Shown here: one piece after another, positions 1 through 7,174 of the stretch
Position numbering within the stretch: position 1 is the stretch's first letter
Layout of the letters: each line of letters starts with the position of its first letter
NCBI GenBank assembly: GCA_037917625.1
Contig: JAVCBY010000029.1
Location: 1 to 12,618, forward strand
Direction of reading: 5' to 3'
Source: Thermoproteota archaeon
Lineage (GTDB): Archaea > Korarchaeota > Korarchaeia > Korarchaeales > Korarchaeaceae
DNA length: 12,618 nucleotides
Translations under genes and position numbers: made by a program
The notes under the pieces: generated by a model
What the model was told of the DNA's origin: nothing
Seen by the model: only the letters and a program-made list of their open reading frames with translations
Database searches by the model: none

Positions 1-2
1 AT

Positions 3-92
3 CTTCATCTTATCGAAGTCCACATCGATGAGTAGCGACCTCAATCTCTCAGCCCTCTCCTTCAGCTTTTCAACTCTCTCGATAAGATGAAG
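3..92. repeat. Perfect 14-bp inverted repeat (3-16 CTTCATCTTATCGA / 79-92 TCGATAAGATGAAG) flanking a 62-bp segment (17-78) inverted relative to rad50
   Basis: Read directly. The arms are exact reverse complements and pairing fails at 2/93 and 17/78. The loop is pyrimidine-rich on + whereas the rest of rad50 is purine-rich on +. Confidence 0.9.
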
Positions 93-1013
93 CAAGAGAT
101 AAACTATTTAGAGGAGGAGATCAGCTCACTAACGAAGGAGCTAAATGTCGTGGACATCGAGGAGGAATACCAGAGATCAAAAAAAGCTTTTATAGAGTTT
201 GAGAGGCTTAATGGACTTCTTAGGGAGAGAGAAAGAATTTCAAGCATTTTAAATGGACTTTCGGAGGAAATATCTTTGGATAGTGAGAAGGCTAGGGAAC
301 TCTCAGAGAGGATAGCGTCCCTGGGCTTCGAAGAGGCTGCCCTATCTGAAGCTAGAAGAGAGCTTAATGAAGCAGAGGAAAGAATGAGAGAGATAATTAA
401 AGCTAGAGGAGAACTTGAAGGAGCTTTGAGTGAACTGAAGAAGAAGATCAATGAGTTAGCAACGAAATCGGAGAAGTTAAGGAAGCTTAGGGAGAGAAAA
501 GAGAAATATGAGAGCTTCAGATCGAAAATATTGAAGATAAGGGAGATATTCAGTAGAGATAAGGGTATACAAGCTTCTCTCAGGGAGAGAGCTAAGCCAA
601 TCATAGAGAGGGAGCTCAATGAGATCTTCAGCTCATTCGGATTCGATTACGACTCAATAGAGCTCGATGAGAACTTCACCCCCATCCTGAGGAGAGGAGG
701 GAGAGCTTATTCATTCGATATTCTAAGCGGTGGGGAGAGGATCTCCTTAGCTCTTGCTCTGAGATTAGCTATAGCTAGATATCTGGTTTCAACTAAGATA
801 GAGTGCTTCATCTTAGACGAGCCAACCATACATTTGGATGATGAGAGAATAGATTCTCTGCTCGAGGCCCTCTCATCGCTCCAGATACCTCAGATAATAG
901 TGGTGACTCACTCCCCTAGGTTCAGGGACATAGCGTCTAGATCCATACTCGTCGGTAAGGTGAATGGTATTTCAAATATTGAGATTTTAGAGGAGGTGAT
1001 GGTAAGCGATTAA
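87..1013 (+). CDS. rad50: DNA double-strand break repair ATPase Rad50 (SbcC/SMC-like), C-terminal part; 5' end lies outside the window or is disrupted by the inversion at 17-78
   Basis: Long E/K/R/L coiled coil followed by ABC signature LSGGE, Walker B/D-loop FILDEPTIHLD and H-loop IIVVTH. Walker A and the Zn-hook are absent, so ATG 87 is probably an internal Met. Confidence 0.88.
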   Translation: MKQEINYLEEEISSLTKELNVVDIEEEYQRSKKAFIEFERLNGLLRERERISSILNGLSEEISLDSEKARELSERIASLGFEEAALSEARRELNEAEERMREIIKARGELEGALSELKKKINELATKSEKLRKLRERKEKYESFRSKILKIREIFSRDKGIQASLRERAKPIIERELNEIFSSFGFDYDSIELDENFTPILRRGGRAYSFDILSGGERISLALALRLAIARYLVSTKIECFILDEPTIHLDDERIDSLLEALSSLQIPQIIVVTHSPRFRDIASRSILVGKVNGISNIEILEEVMVSD

Positions 1014-1034
1014 ATATGGGTTACGGGCGATAGC

Positions 1035-1478
1035 TTGGGGGGTTGGTTGAGAGATAAGAAGAAGACCCCTTATGATGACCCCTTCGATCGCTTCATAAGG
1101 GACGTGATGGAGCTACTTAGGAAGATGGATGAGGATCTATCTAGCTTCATCAACGGTGATATATCCTGGGATTACGCTAATGAGGGAGAGGGGGTCTATA
1201 TTCCCCCCGAGCCCGATACTTCATCAGAGGGGGGGAGGGATTTGGAGTTAGAGGAGCAACTCGTTGATGTTATAGATCTGGAGGATGAGATCCTCATAGT
1301 TGCTGAAGTTCCTGGCATAAATAAGGAGGATATCTCAGTCAGGCTGAAGGGGAGGGAGATAACCATAAAGGCAGGGGATCTCCTCAGGAGGATACAGCTA
1401 TCTATAGAGCCTGACTCCGAGAGGATAAGGGCTACTTACAGGAACGGGATTTTGGAGATAAGGATACCTAAAAGGTAG
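1035..1478 (+). CDS. Small heat shock protein (Hsp20/alpha-crystallin family)
   Basis: LVDVIDLEDEILIVAEVPGINKEDISV and ATYRNGILEIRIPK are alpha-crystallin-domain motifs, preceded by an N-terminal DPFD-type segment. The TTG start is uncertain (in-frame TTG at 1047 is an alternative). Confidence 0.92.
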   Translation: MGGWLRDKKKTPYDDPFDRFIRDVMELLRKMDEDLSSFINGDISWDYANEGEGVYIPPEPDTSSEGGRDLELEEQLVDVIDLEDEILIVAEVPGINKEDISVRLKGREITIKAGDLLRRIQLSIEPDSERIRATYRNGILEIRIPKR

Positions 1479-1483
1479 GCTAA

Positions 1484-4400
1484 TTGACGAGGATCTCATC
1501 CTCCGACATATTCAGGTCCTTAGGTTATGAGTTTGAGACTTATTCTGAGGATGGGGTAAGGCCGGAAACTGTTGATGTCAGTTTCGGAGATCTCTTCCCT
1601 GGACTATATATCGGTGAGGGGAAGAGTAGGGAGATAGCAGACAAGAAGCTTTATCTACATCAGATGGAGGCTCTAAATTCCCTTGAGGATGGTAAGAATG
1701 TTATATTGATTTCTGGAACGGGTAGCGGGAAGACAGAGGGCTGGTTCTTCTATACCGCGAAGGGGAAGAGGACTTTAGCCCTCTATCCAACTTTAGCACT
1801 CGCAAATGATCAGATCAGGAGGTTGGAGAATTACTCGAGGGCCTTAGGTATGAACCCGCAGATCTTGGATGCTAGGAGGAGGGAGCTGCTCTTATCTTCA
1901 CGCGGGGCTCATGGCATAAGGGAGCTGATCGCCTCATCTAACTTAGTTATAACGAATCCCGCATTCCTGCTGGTCGATCTGAAGAGGCTCTCCAAAGGAT
2001 ACCTGTTGAGCTTCCTCAGGAAATTGGAAATGCTCGTCATAGATGAGCTGGACTTCTATGGGCCGAGGGAGATCGCTCTTCTTCTATCGATGATCAGGAT
2101 AATCTCCCTGATTTCAGAGAGGAAGCCTCAGATAGCTGTGCTCACTGCGACGCTCGGGAATCCGGATGATCTGGCTTCTTTCCTCACCTCGACCAATGAA
2201 AGGGAGACCTCTATAATAAGGGGAGATCCCTTCAGGCCCGGGAACGATGTCTACCTCGTATTGGGGAAGAATCTGAGGAGTATCTGGGATTGCCTCAAGG
2301 CTCATGAGACTGAGATCCTTTCGAGCGATGTAGGTGAGGATGTCAAGAACTCCCTGAGGGATTATAAGTCATTCGAGAGGGAAGTGTATAAACTAGTGGA
2401 GATCGCGAGATCTCTAAGTATAGAGTGCCCCCAACCCTTCATGGATCCCGCTGAGATCATATCGAATTATGAGAGAGATGAGGGAGTGACTGTGGTATTC
2501 ACGAACAGTATAAGGAGCGCTGAGAATCTGAGGAAGAGGTTGATCAACGAGTTTGGTTTAACTAGAGTGGCCTCCCATCACCACTTAGTACCTAAGGATG
2601 AGAGGGAGAGGATAGAGGATGCGGCGAGATCTGGGGAGCTCAAGATATTGATAAGCCCCAAGACACTCTCCCAAGGGATAGATATAGGGAATATCATAAG
2701 GATCGTTCATCTGGGGCTCCCAGATAGCTTGAGGGAGTTCAAGCAGAGGGAGGGAAGGAAGGGTAGGAAGGACGTAGGATGGACCGAGACTGTGATATTC
2801 CCGTTGTACAGGTGGGATAGGGAGCTCCTCTCAAGAGGAGCTGATGCCATGACTGAATGGCTCAAACTACCGCTTGAGATAACCCTCGTGAACCCATCTA
2901 ATAAGTACTCCATGCTCTTTGAGGGCTTATTCAAGGTGATAAACCCTCAGATGAGGGATAATCTGAGGGAGGAGGAGATCAGATTACTCACAGAGTTGGG
3001 GCTCATATCACAGGGTAACTTAACGGAAAGGGGAAAGAGAGTATGGGAGATGATCAACTTCTACGAGTTCGGTCCTCCTTATGGCTTCAAGAGGATCCTC
3101 AAGGAGGATAGTGAGTTCAGGTACTTAGAGGATATAGGCCACTGCGACTTAGTAGAGAGGTTCCAGCCTGGCTGCATAGATTATGGGAATGACTCCATAG
3201 TCCTCGATTTCAGGAGGAAGGGTAGGATAATAACTGGAGTTATCGAGGGGCCCTTCAATTACGGGACTATCTACTCCTTCGACGCTCTAGCCTTCATGCT
3301 AGAGGAGTACGAGAGGATAAAGACGGAATGGGGGGAGAGGCCCGATATATTAGATGATTACTACAGGGGTAGGATCGGATCTGAGGTAGTTTGCGTGGTC
3401 GATCCACCCATAGATGGATTCGGTCTCAGGACTAAAGTGTCAAATAGGGTCTATTGGAAGCTCAGTTCCTCTAAGGTGAGGCCCGTGAACGTAGGGAAGA
3501 GCACTATATTGCTCAGGGAGAGCTGGTCCCTCCCCGTGATAGCACAAACGGGGGGAGTTTACAGGGATTATACATACGGTATATCGATGGAACTGGATCC
3601 AAAGGAGGATTTAGCTTGGCTCAGGATAGGATTGGCCACTCTCTTGCTCGTCTTGAGGCTCTCCCTCGGTATACACGTAGATTCCCTCTATTACGAGGTA
3701 GCTAGCTTAGGTGAGAAGAAAGTCATGATGCTCCATGAACCGGAATCTGCTGGTTTGATAGAGAGGTTGGACTGGCTCAAGGTCGCTAGGGAGATCGATC
3801 TCTTCAAGCCCGATGACCTCTCAGAGATAATGATGATGCTGATAGATGAGGAAGCTCACTATGAGTTCGTGATCGGGGGCCTCAACTGGGAACTAGCGAA
3901 GAGATTCGCTAGAAGGGCTGTGGATTACATCTTAGCTAAGCAGATGATCCCCTTCGTCCTAGAAGGGAAGAGTTTCATGATTCCAAGGCCCTCCAGAGCA
4001 AATAAAGTTCTCTCTCTAGACTTCATCGGAGTTAAATTATCGGATTCAATATCGATCGGATTCCTAGGGCTCTATGATGGGGAGAGTATCGAGACGCAAC
4101 TTGTAGTCAAGGAGTTCTTCGACTCTACAGGAGTGGATCTCTCGCCAATCGAGAGGTGTGTGAACGAGGGCTTCATCATGGTCAGCTGGGACTTCGATTC
4201 CCTATTGAAGGACCTCTTCTCGATGAATCAGAGGACTCTTTGTTACGTACTTCAGGGCCTGAGGGAGGAGGGAAAGTTCTTCGAGCTCAAACCTCTAGTC
4301 GAGGATTTCCTCGACATGAGCCCCGTATCCCTAGAGGAAGTAGCGAGGAGGATCTGGGGGATAAATAGTTCCATAAAGGACGTGATTATGGAAGCTAAAA

Positions 4401-4573
4401 GGTCCATTGGGGAGATAGAGGAGAAAAAAGGGGCAAACTGGGAGAGATATACGAAGTATCTCAGGGAAAAATCGAAAAATATTATTGAGGAGAGAGCTAA
4501 GGCTATCTGCCTAACTTTCCTCGCTTTAAGTCGAGGGACGGAAGTTAATAGACCGGGACCTCCCCATCTATGA
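1484..4573 (+). CDS. SF2 DEAD/DEAH-box helicase, Hrq1/MrfA (COG1205)-like, with C-terminal accessory domains
   Basis: Q motif LYLHQ, motif I GTGSGKT (1715-1735), Ia YPTLALANDQ, Ib ITNP, II DELD (2042-2053), III TAT, IV VVFTNS, V TLSQGIDIG, VI QREGRKGR. YPTxALAxDQ, TNP and ATLGNP are typical of the Hrq1/MrfA group. Confidence 0.88.
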   Translation: MTRISSSDIFRSLGYEFETYSEDGVRPETVDVSFGDLFPGLYIGEGKSREIADKKLYLHQMEALNSLEDGKNVILISGTGSGKTEGWFFYTAKGKRTLALYPTLALANDQIRRLENYSRALGMNPQILDARRRELLLSSRGAHGIRELIASSNLVITNPAFLLVDLKRLSKGYLLSFLRKLEMLVIDELDFYGPREIALLLSMIRIISLISERKPQIAVLTATLGNPDDLASFLTSTNERETSIIRGDPFRPGNDVYLVLGKNLRSIWDCLKAHETEILSSDVGEDVKNSLRDYKSFEREVYKLVEIARSLSIECPQPFMDPAEIISNYERDEGVTVVFTNSIRSAENLRKRLINEFGLTRVASHHHLVPKDERERIEDAARSGELKILISPKTLSQGIDIGNIIRIVHLGLPDSLREFKQREGRKGRKDVGWTETVIFPLYRWDRELLSRGADAMTEWLKLPLEITLVNPSNKYSMLFEGLFKVINPQMRDNLREEEIRLLTELGLISQGNLTERGKRVWEMINFYEFGPPYGFKRILKEDSEFRYLEDIGHCDLVERFQPGCIDYGNDSIVLDFRRKGRIITGVIEGPFNYGTIYSFDALAFMLEEYERIKTEWGERPDILDDYYRGRIGSEVVCVVDPPIDGFGLRTKVSNRVYWKLSSSKVRPVNVGKSTILLRESWSLPVIAQTGGVYRDYTYGISMELDPKEDLAWLRIGLATLLLVLRLSLGIHVDSLYYEVASLGEKKVMMLHEPESAGLIERLDWLKVAREIDLFKPDDLSEIMMMLIDEEAHYEFVIGGLNWELAKRFARRAVDYILAKQMIPFVLEGKSFMIPRPSRANKVLSLDFIGVKLSDSISIGFLGLYDGESIETQLVVKEFFDSTGVDLSPIERCVNEGFIMVSWDFDSLLKDLFSMNQRTLCYVLQGLREEGKFFELKPLVEDFLDMSPVSLEEVARRIWGINSSIKDVIMEAKRSIGEIEEKKGANWERYTKYLREKSKNIIEERAKAICLTFLALSRGTEVNRPGPPHL

Positions 4574-5753
4574 GCTTCTCAACGAACCGATCTATCCTAG
4601 ATATCCCCCTCAGTAGCACCTCCTCCACTTGCTTCCTTATGTCCTCGAAGTTTGATTCCGTATGTACTTCGGCGGCTATTAAAGTTGGCTCATTTATGGG
4701 CCAACCTATCCTACTGAGGAGCCACACATAAGCCTCCTTTATCGATGGCACTTCCTCTATTATCTCTTTAGCCATTTCGTATGCGTAAGCGTTGTATATC
4801 TTCCCCACATGACTCACCGGATTCTTCCCAGCTGCGGCTTCTGAGCTCCTAGGCCTCATCAGGGATATCACTCCATTCACCCCATTCCCTCTTCCAACTT
4901 GACCGGAGTCGCCTCCTTCTGCTGAGGTACCTAAGACGGTCAGGTAAACCCCTCCAACCCCTCTACCCCTGACGTCCAGCGTGTTCAAGTGGACCTCTAT
5001 GGAATCGAAGGCATTGCCATACCTCTCCTTTAGGAAGGAATTTATCCTCTCTAAGACCTCCTCCTTCCTCTTGAAATACTCGTCTTCGCTCGATATGAAC
5101 CTATCTATGAATGCTAAAGCCATTGTGAGGTCCAATTTATTATCGTATCTACTCCCCATCACCTTAACGTCCTCTCCCGTCTCCTCGAAATCCCTCTTAA
5201 AATCCCTAGAATTCAGAAATCTTTCTACATCTAAAACGACCCTCTCAGTCCTGGAAAGAGGAGCATAACCCACGGCTGCTGATGTATCATTAGCCCCCAT
5301 TATCTTGCCCCCTCTCCTGAATATATCCGTCAGCTCAGCGCTTCCCTGCTTCATCTCCACTTGATACCTCACATGACGCTCCGGATCCACGAACCTCAGG
5401 TTCTCCCTTATCCAAGACTTTGCTGCTCTCTTCACTACCTCCTCAAGATCTATAGATTCCCCTTCGAATGAAGTAGTTGCTCTATCCCCGAAAACGATCA
5501 GCATGGGCTCTATTACCCTTCCTCCCCCGAAGGCTGGCTCCGTGACCCCAGCTGCTAGCAGAGATTTATCCGCATTGTAGTGAAGTAGACCTCCAAACCT
5601 CCTCAGGTACTCCCTATTCAGCTCTAGGGAAACTCTCTCCATTATCCCGTCCGCTATAGTATCCGGATGACCGATACCCTTTCTCTCAACTATCTCTATG
5701 GGTTGTTCGTCGACGGGAGGCCTGCGAGAGAGGGAAACCTTCAACGAGGTCAT
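4545..5753 (-). CDS. mat: S-adenosylmethionine synthetase, archaeal type (methionine adenosyltransferase)
   Basis: Family motifs EIVERKGIGHPD, GANDTS, GEDVKVMG, YLTVLGTSAEGGDSGQVGRGN and EAAAGKNPVSHVGKIYN; about 400 aa. The 3' end overlaps the convergent helicase by 29 bp. Confidence 0.97.
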   Translation of the reverse strand: MTSLKVSLSRRPPVDEQPIEIVERKGIGHPDTIADGIMERVSLELNREYLRRFGGLLHYNADKSLLAAGVTEPAFGGGRVIEPMLIVFGDRATTSFEGESIDLEEVVKRAAKSWIRENLRFVDPERHVRYQVEMKQGSAELTDIFRRGGKIMGANDTSAAVGYAPLSRTERVVLDVERFLNSRDFKRDFEETGEDVKVMGSRYDNKLDLTMALAFIDRFISSEDEYFKRKEEVLERINSFLKERYGNAFDSIEVHLNTLDVRGRGVGGVYLTVLGTSAEGGDSGQVGRGNGVNGVISLMRPRSSEAAAGKNPVSHVGKIYNAYAYEMAKEIIEEVPSIKEAYVWLLSRIGWPINEPTLIAAEVHTESNFEDIRKQVEEVLLRGISRIDRFVEKLIDGEVPVY

Positions 5754-5828
5754 ATGACATCAGACGGAAATCGATCATATGAAATAAATAAACATTCCAC
5801 TTAACCGATACCTCGAAGGTGGAACTAG
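5754..5828. promoter_or_regulatory. Divergent promoter region between mat and the radical SAM gene
   Basis: 75-bp intergenic region. TTTATTTATTT on - (5792-5782) lies upstream of mat. CTTAAC on + (5800-5805) lies at -29..-24 of TTG 5829, and GGTGGA just before that TTG could be an SD. Confidence 0.55.
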
Positions 5829-6893
5829 TTGATCCTAATAGTGACCACCACTGGGAGATGCAACTTGAAATGTTTGTACTGCGGTGGCAGCTTCGATCCG
5901 AAGCTCGTACCTTGGTCAGAGGAATGTAAATTGGAGGATCTCGTGGATTTGATAGTGAGGACTGGATGCGATGTGGTCTTCTACGGGGGAGAGCCTCTCC
6001 TCAACTCCAAACTAATAATGGATGTGATCGACTCATTGAAGTCAAGGGAGTGGGGAGGAAGGTTCATAATACAGACGAACGCTACCCTATTTGAGGATCT
6101 GCCTCTAAGCTATTGGCTATCCTTCGACTCCATACTCCTCTCGGTAGATGGGAGGCCTGAAGTGAATGATGAAGGTAGAGGGAGGGGAAATTATGAAAAA
6201 GTCATAAAAGTAGCGAAAATTTTGAGAAAATATGGATTCTCTGGAGATTTAATAGCTAGAATGACCGCTTGGGAGAGGACAGATATATATGAGGAAGTGG
6301 CTCATCTCCTGAGCTTGGGGCTATTCGACCACATACACTGGCAGCTCAACGTCATCTGGTCTGAGAGATGGAATTTCAGGGAGTGGACAGAACGCTCATA
6401 TCTACCTGGGCTTAGGAAATTAGCCTCCTTATGGTTGGAGGAGATGAGGAAAGGGAGGGTTTTGGGGATAGCCCCCTTCTTAGGTATAATGAGGGCCGAG
6501 CTATTCGGGGATCTGCCTTCCCCTCCCTGCGGGGCCGGTAGCGAGAGCTTCACCTTACTGCCTAACGGTAAGATCTTAGCTTGCCCTATAGCTGTTGACT
6601 CCAGTTGGGCGGTCGTCGGGGAGCTCGGTAGTGGTATCAGAAAAGTTGGGATAGGAGAGCCCTGCAAGAGCTGCGATTACTTCAAATACTGCGGAGGTAG
6701 GTGCCTTTACGCTTACATGGAACGTCTATGGGGAGAGGAGGGGTTCAGGGAGGTCTGTGATGTGACTAAGGAGACAATAAAGATAGTTTTAGAGAACGGA
6801 GGGGAGATAAGATCTCTGATCAGGGAGGGAGTGATATCCGCTGAGGACCTTTATTATCCCCGCTATAATAACACGATGGAGGTAATCCCTTAG
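5829..6893 (+). CDS. Radical SAM/SPASM domain protein, resembling the TIGR04084 (AF_0577) family
   Basis: CNLKCLYCGG (CX3CX2C), FYGGEPLL, IQTN, and a SPASM-type Cys set (PCGAG...ACP...CKSC-x5-CGGRC...C). The C-terminal EVIP resembles the end of this family (assignment from recall, not an HMM search). Confidence 0.88.
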   Translation: MILIVTTTGRCNLKCLYCGGSFDPKLVPWSEECKLEDLVDLIVRTGCDVVFYGGEPLLNSKLIMDVIDSLKSREWGGRFIIQTNATLFEDLPLSYWLSFDSILLSVDGRPEVNDEGRGRGNYEKVIKVAKILRKYGFSGDLIARMTAWERTDIYEEVAHLLSLGLFDHIHWQLNVIWSERWNFREWTERSYLPGLRKLASLWLEEMRKGRVLGIAPFLGIMRAELFGDLPSPPCGAGSESFTLLPNGKILACPIAVDSSWAVVGELGSGIRKVGIGEPCKSCDYFKYCGGRCLYAYMERLWGEEGFREVCDVTKETIKIVLENGGEIRSLIREGVISAEDLYYPRYNNTMEVIP

Positions 6894-7172
6894 GTGATCG
6901 AGTTGAATTGGGAGGATCTGCTCATAGAAGCTATGAAGAGCAAGACGAGGATCAGGATCCTAAAATACATCATGAAGGTGGGAGGAGCTAACATAAGCAG
7001 GATATCGAGAGAGTTGGGAATTTCTTACACGAGCGCTGAGAGGAACTTAGAGGCTTTGAGCAGAGCTGGTATACTGGAGGAAGTGAGACTGGGGAGGGTG
7101 AGGGTGTACAAGATAGGGGAAGGAGAGAACATTATTAAGTTAATAAAGTGCTTAACTGGAGTGATTGATTAA
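6894..7172 (+). CDS. ArsR-like winged helix-turn-helix transcriptional regulator
   Basis: SKTRIRILKYI...NISRISRELGISYTSAERNLEALSRAGILEEVRLGRVRVY is a wHTH pattern. It directly abuts the radical SAM stop. The true start may be TTG 6903, after GGTGAT. Confidence 0.85.
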   Translation: MIELNWEDLLIEAMKSKTRIRILKYIMKVGGANISRISRELGISYTSAERNLEALSRAGILEEVRLGRVRVYKIGEGENIIKLIKCLTGVID

Positions 7173-7174
7173 AA

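Noticed and set aside
3-92. Inverted repeat as MITE or IS ends
   Set aside because: The interior is in-frame Rad50-like sequence when flipped, and there is no transposase or visible target-site duplication.
104-619. 171-aa Ser/Leu-rich minus-strand ORF
   Set aside because: Antisense shadow of the GAG/AGA/AAG-rich Rad50 coiled coil, with no motifs.
4545-4573. 29-bp convergent overlap of the helicase and mat as a regulatory feature
   Set aside because: Short 3' overlaps are common in compact archaeal genomes, and the overlapping helicase tail looks unconstrained.
2114-5268. Short ORFs 2114-2305, 2707-2934, 4156-4368 and 4981-5268
   Set aside because: Fully nested in the helicase or mat on another strand or frame, with no recognisable features.
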